Source: a virus
Lineage: Duplodnaviria > Caudoviricetes
Virus record (IMG/VR): IMGVR_UViG_3300020280_000014
Span: 1 to 24,191 of that record
Length of the DNA: 24,191 nt
Strand: one strand, 5' to 3'
The notes beneath the pieces are model-generated. The model saw nothing but the letters and a program-made list of their open reading frames with translations, was not told the origin of the DNA and did not search any database. Shown piece after piece: positions 8,362 to 16,813 of the stretch. Positions within the stretch are counted from its first letter, which is position 1. Every line of letters starts with the position of its first letter. A program made the translations under genes and the position numbers.

Positions 8362-8692
8362 AGTAAAACTACCATTGTCTGACATAAAGTTTCACGACGT
8401 TCCAGTTGTAGGTCAATTCTATACCAAGAATGAAGTTGATAAACTCATCAAGGATGCTGTAGATGAAGCAAGACGTATAGATGAAGAGTCTATGGCGAAA
8501 CACAATCGTGACGCTACTATCATAAGCATGATACTTGGTTTCACCACACTTGCATTGTTTGTCGATGGATTATTAAGATTGTTGGGTATCACCCCTCCTT
8601 TTATGGATATTGATATAAACATCATAGATCAAATAGTTGAAAAGGTTGAATCCGACATAGTGCCATTAGTTCAGAGAATACCACGAATCTGA
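8354..8692 (+). CDS. Small membrane protein (112 aa), picocyanobacterial/cyanophage hypothetical
   Basis: ATG 8354 preceded by AGGTGG. Charged helix YTKNEVDKLIKDAVDEARRIDEESMAKHNRDA, then hydrophobic TIISMILGFTTLALFVDGLLRLLGITPPF. Confidence 0.75.
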   Translation: MSKVKLPLSDIKFHDVPVVGQFYTKNEVDKLIKDAVDEARRIDEESMAKHNRDATIISMILGFTTLALFVDGLLRLLGITPPFMDIDINIIDQIVEKVESDIVPLVQRIPRI

Positions 8693-8697
8693 TAGGG

Positions 8698-8705
8698 TAT
8701 AAATA
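8698..8705 (+). promoter_or_regulatory. T4 late promoter (TATAAATA)
   Basis: Perfect consensus in the intergenic gap, 30 bp upstream of ATG 8736; AGGTAGGT precedes the ATG. Confidence 0.85.
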
Positions 8706-8735
8706 AGTTGAAGGAATGGTGTCAGAAGGTAGGTA

Positions 8736-11700
8736 ATGCCACTTAGTAGACTTGAAAATTTTCTAAAGAATGTACAGGGTAATGTAATTTACGTCAACCC
8801 TGAGGAACTTGATGCAACAGATGACGTTAGCAACACTGGTAATTCCAGAACTCGTCCGTTCAAAACTATACAGAGAGCACTGATAGAGTCTGCTAGATTC
8901 TCATATCAGTTAGGTAAGGATAACGATAGGTTTGATAAAACTACAATAATGGTGTCACCTGGCACACACTATATTGATAATAGACCAGGTTTTGTGATTG
9001 ATGATAGTGGTAATGTTACTGATGTAAATGGTACTGCTGCGTCAATTAGTGAGTTATCTATTGGAACTAAGTTTGATATACAAGATCCAGACAATGTACT
9101 ATATCATTTCAACTCTGTGCATGGTGGAGTTATATTACCAAGAGGTACATCCATTATTGGTATGGATCTTAGAAAGACAAAGATAAGACCAAAGTTCATA
9201 CCGCAACCAGACAATGACAATATAGAGAGAACAGCAATATTCAGAGTGACTGGTGGTTGTTTCTTCTTCAACTTCAGTTTATTTGATGGTGACCCTGCTG
9301 ACAGAATTTTTAAAGATTACACCAGTAATGTATATGCTCCAAACTATTCACACCATAAACTAACTTGCTTTGAATTTGCTGATGGTAACAACGTTGTAGA
9401 AGGTAAGGGTAACACTGACTTAGACATGTATTATGCTAAGTTGACTCTTGCTTATGGTACAAATAGTGGTAGAGCACTTCCTAACTACCCTGCAAATTCT
9501 GACTTCCAAAAAACTGTTGATGAATCTCGTATCGTTGGTGCGATATCTAGACTTGGTGACCTTGAGATACAGGACATATTCTCTGGTACAGATGCGTCCT
9601 CTGCTATTGCCACCACGGTGGTCACAGTTATCACAAAGACAGAACATAACCTCAATGTAGAGACACCAATAATAATCAATGGCGTAAACAACAATGATTA
9701 TGATGGTAGTCATGTGGTTGCACAGGTTCTAAGTACAACATCATTTACTTACACTGTTCCTGTCGCTCCACCATCCACTGCTACACCATCACTGACAGGT
9801 CTTGCTCCAATCGTAATCGTAGAGAGTGATAGTGTTACATCTGCCTCACCATACGTATTCAACTGCTCACTACGTTCAGTGTTCGGAATGTGTGGTATGT
9901 TGTCTGATGGTAGTAAGGCAACTGGTTTCAAATCTATGGTCTGTGCACAGTTCACAGGTATAGGACTACAGAAAGATGACAATGCGTTTGTAAAATATAA
10001 CAAAACTTCAGGTACATGGCAAGACCAAGCAACTCTTGGTACATCAGTCACCCTACACACTGATGGTCTGGCACTGTATAAACCAGAGTATGAGAACTTC
10101 CACATCAAGGTTACAAGAGACTCTGTGCTACAGATTGTATCTTGTTTTGCTGTGGGTTATGCGAAGCAGTTTGTTACTGAGTCTGGTGGTGATATATCAC
10201 TTACAAACTCTAACTCAAACTTTGGACACACTGCTCTTGAGTCTGATGGATTCAAGTCTCAAGCGTTTATCAAGGACGATAAGGCATATATCACAGGTAT
10301 TGTGCCACCTAAAAAGACATTTAATAAAACAGAGGATGTCAACTGGATAGCGTTAGATGTTCAGTCAACTATCGGTGTATCGACTGACACTCAACTGTAT
10401 TTGTCTGGTTTCAAGGTCAAGGACACTATTCCAGTAAAGACAGCAAGTGGTTTTACTGTAGGTAATAAGATAGGAGATAAGTTATTCTGCTCTATTCAAA
10501 ATATAGTATATGGTGCTGACATTCTTATGCCAGGACCTCTTGCTGATACTGACACATGGGCATCAGGTAAGAAAGAGATATTTGTAGGCAGTAATTCTGG
10601 TATCAATTCTATCACCAGTAATGTGATAACTCTTGAGGATGTACATAAATTCAATACTGGTGAGAAAATAAGATTCTATTCAGATTCAGGGTCTTTACCA
10701 GATAATATTGTATCTGACAGAGATTATTTTGCTATCACATCTGGATTACAGGCTGATCAGATAAAAATAGCAACCACTTTCAACAATGCTACCGCAGGTA
10801 GTAATCTTACTGGTATAAACAATCTAGGTGGTAAGATAAGAGTTGTATCTACAGTAGAAGGGAAGGAACCTGGTGAACCAGGTCATCCAATTCAATATGA
10901 CACAACTAACGGTTGGTATGTAAATGTTGGTGCAGCAAACTCATTACGTGCTGCGATTGTTACCAATCAAAGCGTTGTATCAGTAGATACAAATAATTCA
11001 TTTATAGTAAGAACACCCGATACCAGAAAAGACTTAGAGAAGATATACCGTGTGAGATTCGTAGTGCCTGATGACTCTACTACTGCAGCAGCACCTACAA
11101 ATGGTTTCTCACTACAAGAATCAGCGACGCTCATTGATGACACTTTCTATAGAAATGATAACACCGACCTTACATCAGTCTCAAACCTAAGAACCAATAA
11201 TGCAATTATAGATGCCACATGGGATTCAAGTAGTAACTCTGGTATCATAACATCACAAAGTCCACATAGACTGAGTGTTGGTAATTTGGTTGAGGTGAGT
11301 AGAGTCAGAAGTAGCAATAATGAGAACGGTGTAGATAATACTGGATTCAATGGGTTGTTTGAAGTCACGGGTGTGAGTGGTGACACCATATTCAGTATAG
11401 GTATCAACACCAATCCTGGTGGTATCAGCACTATTACTGCTAATGTTCCATATACAAGACATGACCAGTCTGTTGTTGGTTCAGGTAGAACTTTTGCACC
11501 GTTTTTTACAAAAAGAGAATTCAATAAGACATATCAAGTATTCAATAATGAGGTGGTACAAGAGTTCAAGAAAGATGTACAGGACGGAATATATGATTTA
11601 ACAGTTTTAGGTTACATATCACAACCTAACGTAAGTCCCTTCTCTACTACTGTAAACTTCTTTGCTCAGAATATCAATAATCTTAGACCAAAAACAGATG

Positions 11701-14402
11701 TAGATAATATAGACTTTGATCCTGAAGCAGCAGTATCTCATGCCTTGAGAGAAAAGATCGGACAGGTTATCACAAATGATCCTAAAAATAGTATCACTAA
11801 GGAATTAGTTCACAGTTTCATTCAAGAGTCGAACTTAGGTATTGGTGTCACAGGTGGTGGTCATGACACTGGACAAATAACGTTAGATACTATAGTGGAT
11901 CATGGATTGAATGGTATCACAGGATTTAGTAATAATACTGGTGGTGTGGGTTATGGAAGAAGTAGTGGTGATGCTGAGTTTTACTTCAACATACCATTAA
12001 AAGGAGGAAGTGGTAGAGGTGCTACAGTTGATGTCACTGTGGGTTCAAGCGGTACCATAACCAGTGTAGACATCAACAATTATGGTTCAGCATATGAGGT
12101 TGGGGATATACTTCAGATACAAGGTGTGCCTTTTAGACCATCAGGATCTACCACAGACTGTGCCCTTACTGTAGGTACAATTAACAATGCGAAGGGTGAT
12201 ATAATACAGGTTATAGGAGTTGGAAGTGATTCCTATAATGGTGTTCATAAGATAACAAACATAGACGATTCCAAACAGATCAAGTTTGGAGGTTCTGCGG
12301 ACAATAATTTCTCTGAATCTGGTGGATTTATATATCATGTCGGTGTGTCTACACAGGTCACTAATATACTTCACGATAGAATTAGTGGTATAGCAACCGT
12401 CACTTTACATTCTGACATAGGTCTACGTAGAGGAGATGAGATCATTATTAGTGGTGCAAACTCAGTTTATAATGGCACACATACTATTACTGATAGAATT
12501 GGATATGGTTCTTCACTTACTGTCAACATAGGAAGGACAGCATCACAACCTGCATTCTCAGGTGCTGCTGCTATAGCACATGGATCTGGTATCAGTGCAA
12601 AAGGATTCAATCAAACTATGCCAATTTACGGTGGATTTACCACTGAATTGAATAGTGCTGTCACTGCTACATCTGCTTCAATCAACTTGGCAGACAGAAG
12701 TATGCTCAAAAGAGGTGATTATTTACAGATTGAAGATGAAATCGTTAGGATCACTGATAAAAATAGAACAAAAATTCTAAGAGGTGCTCTTGGTACAAAC
12801 GCTACATCTCATGCTAAAAATGTAGCAGCAGTCAAAATCAAGGTTATACCAGTAGAAACTAGAAGAAACTCGTTGATAAGAGCGTCAGGACACACATTTG
12901 AGTATGTTGGTTTTGGACCAGGTAACTACTCAACTGCGATGCCACAGGTTCAAGACAGAGTACTTGATAATGATGAGCAAATATTAGCACAGTCAGAACA
13001 AACACGTGGTGGATTAGTGGTATACACCGCCATGAATGACAAGGGTGAATTCTTTATTGGGCGAAAGAAAATTGATGCTCTTACTGGTGAGGAGGTATCA
13101 ACTATTGATGAATTTGATACTACCTCAGTGTCAGCTCCAACAGCACAACTTCCAACTGTAGCATCATTTGACAACCTCACTGTCAATCAGAACTTCTACA
13201 GTAATTCAAATACTGATGTTATTGACCTCAAACTAAGAGGAAATCGGACTGGTGCCATAGGTAAACAGGTATTTGTTGGTGTTCAAGAGACAGAACCTCC
13301 ATCATCACAAACTGGTGATAATATTTTGTTTGCAACCAGTGTAAACAGAGGGGGATATGTCGGTTGGGTTCAAACAAATGAGACAGGAACAGAGAAGTGG
13401 CAACGTTTTGGTTCTGTATCAGTAGAGAATGGTAGTGAGCACCATGTATTCGACAGAGTTGCGGTTGGTCAAACCTTTGCCGATAATGGTGAGGTAATGA
13501 GTGTCACTGGTAATGTAAGCATTACAAGTTTGAAGGTGGATGATCTTACTTCAGGACGTGTTGTTACCATAGGTACAAGTGGTGAATTGCAAGATAGTTC
13601 AGCTCTCACATTTGCTGGAGCGACACTGACATCAAATACATTATCAGTCACCAATAATATCAATGTGGGATTCGATGCTATCATAAGTCGAAATCTAAAC
13701 GTAACTGGTATATCAACCTCAGGATCAATTGACACGACTGATATTACATGTAATAATATCACATCTGGTGGAAATGTAAATAGCACAAACCTTATTGCTT
13801 CAAGCAGTGTAACCGCAACAAGTGTCACTGCATCGGGAACGGTTACAGCAGAGCAACTTACCTCAACTGATGACGCTAACATCACAGGAACTGTAACTGC
13901 TGGTGATTTTGTTGGAAATGGAGTTGTTCCTATCGGTGGTATTATAATGTGGTCTGGTTCAGACGGTAACGTACCAACCAATTGGGTTTTATGTAATAAC
14001 TCAGCAGCAGCACAAGCAGCAGGGGCACCAAACCTGGTTGATAGATTTGTCGTTGGTCGTGGTTCTGCGTACGCTGATGATAGCACTGGTGGTAGTGCAG
14101 ACTCTATCGTACCAACACACACTCACACTGCTACGGGTGGTAGTCACGGTCACCCAGTGAGACATTCTACTCAAACAAGTGGTGCTGTTCTTGCTGACGC
14201 AGCAGGTGGTTACATTTTAGATAGCAGTGGTACTCAGGACTTTGCAGCGAATAACTCCACACCTGGTTCTACATCTGGTGACCAGATTGGTCAGAGTGGA
14301 AGTCTATCATTGACTGCTTCAGCACCTGCAGGTTCGGAAAGTGTTACTGGTAAAAACCTTCCTCCATATTATGCAATCGCCTATATCATGCGTGTCAGTT
14401 GA
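8736..14402 (+). CDS. Large tail fibre/spike protein (1888 aa): beta-helix body with inserted domains, C-terminal tail-collar and short-fibre-like HxH tip
   Basis: Cyanophage structural N-terminus MPLSRLENFLKN...IYVNP...GNSRTRPFKTIQRAL. Parallel beta-helix motifs (SPYVFNCS, GFKSMV, ESGGDISLTNSNSNFG). Repeated H(N/G/R/K)(L/F)..G..I small beta domains. Collar motif VPIGGIIMWSG...WVLCN...PNLVDRFVVG, HTH (14118-14126) and HGH (14145-14153), ending NLPPYYAIAYIMRV. Confidence 0.8.
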   Translation: MPLSRLENFLKNVQGNVIYVNPEELDATDDVSNTGNSRTRPFKTIQRALIESARFSYQLGKDNDRFDKTTIMVSPGTHYIDNRPGFVIDDSGNVTDVNGTAASISELSIGTKFDIQDPDNVLYHFNSVHGGVILPRGTSIIGMDLRKTKIRPKFIPQPDNDNIERTAIFRVTGGCFFFNFSLFDGDPADRIFKDYTSNVYAPNYSHHKLTCFEFADGNNVVEGKGNTDLDMYYAKLTLAYGTNSGRALPNYPANSDFQKTVDESRIVGAISRLGDLEIQDIFSGTDASSAIATTVVTVITKTEHNLNVETPIIINGVNNNDYDGSHVVAQVLSTTSFTYTVPVAPPSTATPSLTGLAPIVIVESDSVTSASPYVFNCSLRSVFGMCGMLSDGSKATGFKSMVCAQFTGIGLQKDDNAFVKYNKTSGTWQDQATLGTSVTLHTDGLALYKPEYENFHIKVTRDSVLQIVSCFAVGYAKQFVTESGGDISLTNSNSNFGHTALESDGFKSQAFIKDDKAYITGIVPPKKTFNKTEDVNWIALDVQSTIGVSTDTQLYLSGFKVKDTIPVKTASGFTVGNKIGDKLFCSIQNIVYGADILMPGPLADTDTWASGKKEIFVGSNSGINSITSNVITLEDVHKFNTGEKIRFYSDSGSLPDNIVSDRDYFAITSGLQADQIKIATTFNNATAGSNLTGINNLGGKIRVVSTVEGKEPGEPGHPIQYDTTNGWYVNVGAANSLRAAIVTNQSVVSVDTNNSFIVRTPDTRKDLEKIYRVRFVVPDDSTTAAAPTNGFSLQESATLIDDTFYRNDNTDLTSVSNLRTNNAIIDATWDSSSNSGIITSQSPHRLSVGNLVEVSRVRSSNNENGVDNTGFNGLFEVTGVSGDTIFSIGINTNPGGISTITANVPYTRHDQSVVGSGRTFAPFFTKREFNKTYQVFNNEVVQEFKKDVQDGIYDLTVLGYISQPNVSPFSTTVNFFAQNINNLRPKTDVDNIDFDPEAAVSHALREKIGQVITNDPKNSITKELVHSFIQESNLGIGVTGGGHDTGQITLDTIVDHGLNGITGFSNNTGGVGYGRSSGDAEFYFNIPLKGGSGRGATVDVTVGSSGTITSVDINNYGSAYEVGDILQIQGVPFRPSGSTTDCALTVGTINNAKGDIIQVIGVGSDSYNGVHKITNIDDSKQIKFGGSADNNFSESGGFIYHVGVSTQVTNILHDRISGIATVTLHSDIGLRRGDEIIISGANSVYNGTHTITDRIGYGSSLTVNIGRTASQPAFSGAAAIAHGSGISAKGFNQTMPIYGGFTTELNSAVTATSASINLADRSMLKRGDYLQIEDEIVRITDKNRTKILRGALGTNATSHAKNVAAVKIKVIPVETRRNSLIRASGHTFEYVGFGPGNYSTAMPQVQDRVLDNDEQILAQSEQTRGGLVVYTAMNDKGEFFIGRKKIDALTGEEVSTIDEFDTTSVSAPTAQLPTVASFDNLTVNQNFYSNSNTDVIDLKLRGNRTGAIGKQVFVGVQETEPPSSQTGDNILFATSVNRGGYVGWVQTNETGTEKWQRFGSVSVENGSEHHVFDRVAVGQTFADNGEVMSVTGNVSITSLKVDDLTSGRVVTIGTSGELQDSSALTFAGATLTSNTLSVTNNINVGFDAIISRNLNVTGISTSGSIDTTDITCNNITSGGNVNSTNLIASSSVTATSVTASGTVTAEQLTSTDDANITGTVTAGDFVGNGVVPIGGIIMWSGSDGNVPTNWVLCNNSAAAQAAGAPNLVDRFVVGRGSAYADDSTGGSADSIVPTHTHTATGGSHGHPVRHSTQTSGAVLADAAGGYILDSSGTQDFAANNSTPGSTSGDQIGQSGSLSLTASAPAGSESVTGKNLPPYYAIAYIMRVS

Positions 14403-14408
14403 TAAATA
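14401..14408 (+). promoter_or_regulatory. T4-type late promoter (GATAAATA)
   Basis: Overlaps the stop codon of the 1888-aa gene, 25 bp upstream of ATG 14434; AGGAG lies between. Confidence 0.75.
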
Positions 14409-14433
14409 CAAATACTTAGGAGTGCACTGGTAA

Positions 14434-16473
14434 ATGGCATCAGTAAATAAGAAGTTTGCTGTCGAAAAAGGACTGGAGGTCGGTGATGACGCTCTGGTTG
14501 TTGATGCTCAAACGAATAAAACTGGTATTGGTAAAACTGATGCCAAATTCGGTCTTGATGTAGCAACAACTGCCAACTTTGATGGCATAGTGGCAGCAGG
14601 TCAGGTTGGTATAGGAAGCACACAACCTGCAAATGGTTTAGATGTTAGAGGTGACGCACTATTTGGTGGTGCAATTAAGGATAATGCAGAGGGGGCAGGC
14701 ACTGACGGACAAGTTATAATATCATCAGGTTCAGGCACAGGTGTATCTTGGTCATCAGAGGCAGAAATATTTACTCTCGCTTCTGACGCTAACAATTCTA
14801 TACAATTTAAGAAAGCATCTAATGGTAAATTTCAGGGTGCTGACAATTTTGTTTTTGATCCTACAAATAAACGTGTAGGCATAGGAAGTACACTCCCCGA
14901 ATATCTTTTACAAGTTGCAAGAGCACCAGGTGATAGTAGTAATGGTTTTGTACAAATAGGTGGCACATTCCTTGATTCTTCAGGTGCAGTTGGTGTTGCT
15001 AAAAGTATTTTAGCAGCGAGTGATACGGGTGAATTATTGTGGGTTGGTGCAGGTGCCAGTGTTACCAATATTATACATGTAAATGAAGATGGTGATGATG
15101 GTTTTGATGGATTTACCCTGAAGACAGCGAAACGGACAATTGGTGCTGCATGTACCATGGCACAGACAGGTGATACGATAAGAGTTGCTGCTGGTTTATA
15201 TACTGAAAATAACCCAGTTATAGTACCAAACAATGTTACTATTGATGGTGATGATCTAAGACAGACACAGATAACTCCATCAAATACTGGTGTAGATCTA
15301 TTTCATGCTAAGAATGGTACACTGTTCCAGAATCTATCATTTGTAGGTGCTGCAAATACAGGTGCTATCATTGCTTTCCCACCCGACGGTTCAGCAGGTA
15401 TCATTACACAATCACCTTACATAAGAAACTGTACAAACTTCATACCAAATAGTCAAGGTTTGAAGGTAGATGGATCTCATGTTGAAGGTTTGAAATCAAT
15501 GAACGTTGATTCATATACACAGTATAATCAAGGTGGCATTGGTGTTACTATAAGCAACAATGCTTATGCTCAATTAGTTTCTATATTTACTATCTGTAAT
15601 GTGACTGGTATCACTGCTGTATCGGGAGGTCAGTGCGATGTCAATAATTCAAACGCTTCATTTGGAACAAGGGGATTGGTTGCTTCAGGTGTTGGCACAG
15701 TAAATCAAACAGGTGCTGTAGCGGTGGCAGGGATAACAGAAGATAATACTATTACAGTTGGAAGTTTAACAAGTAGACCTTTCACAGGTCAGGCATTCTA
15801 CCTAGGTGAATTATTCAATGAGGTAAGTAGTTTCACCGTCACCAACGCAGGTACAGGATATACGAGTTCAAATCCACCACTTGTTACCATAGCATCTCCT
15901 ACAGGTCCAGGTGGAAGAGGTGCCGAAGGTGTTGCTGTTGTGAATGGTTTTGGTAGTATAACTTCAATTGAAGTAACATCATCAGGATCACAATATCGTG
16001 GAGCACCGACGGTAACAATAGCTGATCCAACTTCAGGAACTACAGCAGAGGCGAGTCCTACTATGGCACCCGTCTATTATACTATAAATAGTGCGACACC
16101 TGTTACAGCTGGTGTCTCCACAATCACCATCGACCAGACGTTACCAAACGCAGTCGGTGTTGGTTCGACTGTCCCGTTCGCCAGACAGTCATTGATCCTT
16201 GCTTCATCATATACTTTTGAACATGTAGGTTCTGGTATAGACATCAATACATCACGTCCAAGTAAGGGTGGTGTAGCAATACCAGAAAACCAAGCAATAT
16301 CTGAGCAAGGTGGTAAGGTTGTCTATACATCTACGGATGAGAGAGGTAACCTGAAAGTTGGTGACAATTTCACCATCAATCAACAGACAGGTGACATTTC
16401 TGGTGATGCTTTCAAGAAGAGCATCCAAGCTCAAATGACTCCACTTATTATCGCTCTCGGAGGACAATTCTAA
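14434..16473 (+). CDS. Tail fibre/spike protein with pectate-lyase-like parallel beta-helix (679 aa)
   Basis: Fibre N-terminus with VGIGST repeats. IIHVNEDGDD...AKRTIGAA...GDTIRVAAGLYTE..PVIVP.NVTIDGDDLRQTQITP is a beta-helix cap. Paralogous blocks shared with the 1888-aa protein. Ends MTPLIIALGGQF. Confidence 0.75.
   Translation: MASVNKKFAVEKGLEVGDDALVVDAQTNKTGIGKTDAKFGLDVATTANFDGIVAAGQVGIGSTQPANGLDVRGDALFGGAIKDNAEGAGTDGQVIISSGSGTGVSWSSEAEIFTLASDANNSIQFKKASNGKFQGADNFVFDPTNKRVGIGSTLPEYLLQVARAPGDSSNGFVQIGGTFLDSSGAVGVAKSILAASDTGELLWVGAGASVTNIIHVNEDGDDGFDGFTLKTAKRTIGAACTMAQTGDTIRVAAGLYTENNPVIVPNNVTIDGDDLRQTQITPSNTGVDLFHAKNGTLFQNLSFVGAANTGAIIAFPPDGSAGIITQSPYIRNCTNFIPNSQGLKVDGSHVEGLKSMNVDSYTQYNQGGIGVTISNNAYAQLVSIFTICNVTGITAVSGGQCDVNNSNASFGTRGLVASGVGTVNQTGAVAVAGITEDNTITVGSLTSRPFTGQAFYLGELFNEVSSFTVTNAGTGYTSSNPPLVTIASPTGPGGRGAEGVAVVNGFGSITSIEVTSSGSQYRGAPTVTIADPTSGTTAEASPTMAPVYYTINSATPVTAGVSTITIDQTLPNAVGVGSTVPFARQSLILASSYTFEHVGSGIDINTSRPSKGGVAIPENQAISEQGGKVVYTSTDERGNLKVGDNFTINQQTGDISGDAFKKSIQAQMTPLIIALGGQF
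16083..16090 (+). promoter_or_regulatory. Candidate internal late promoter (TATAAATA)
   Basis: Perfect consensus inside the 679-aa CDS, about 380 bp upstream of 16474. The genes at 16474 and 16814 have no proximal promoter of their own. Confidence 0.4.
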
Positions 16474-16812
16474 ATGGCTGCGATTCCATTAAATAAATTC
16501 AAGACTGTAACTCATACACTGACCACATCAAAGGTCGGCATATACACATGTCCACCTGGTGTTTCATCGCTAGTCATCTATGGCAACGTAGCAAACGTGG
16601 GTACGAGTTCATCTGTGACATCATTCAGTGTATATCACAGTAGAGATTCAGTTGATACTCCTATAATTGAATTAGGACGTATACCCCATCAGGATGCCAT
16701 GTCATTCTTAGATGGAAGATTAGTATTAGAAACAGGTGACGTGCTCAAGATTCAAGGTGATTTCTTGAACACACAAAAATGCATAGTTAGCATACTGGAG
16801 AACGCTAAGTAA
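16474..16812 (+). CDS. Small beta-sandwich virion protein, putative fibre adaptor (112 aa)
   Basis: MAAIPLNKFKT...IYTCPPG...ANV...IP..DA...DGRLVLETGDVLKI...VSILE; abuts the stop of the fibre ending in IIALG. Confidence 0.65.
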   Translation: MAAIPLNKFKTVTHTLTTSKVGIYTCPPGVSSLVIYGNVANVGTSSSVTSFSVYHSRDSVDTPIIELGRIPHQDAMSFLDGRLVLETGDVLKIQGDFLNTQKCIVSILENAK

Positions 16813-16813
16813 A

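Noticed and set aside
8736-14402. Intein or intron explaining the large insertions in the 1888-aa gene
   Set aside because: No Hint splice motifs or homing endonuclease signatures were seen and the frame is uninterrupted; the inserts look like structural beta domains.
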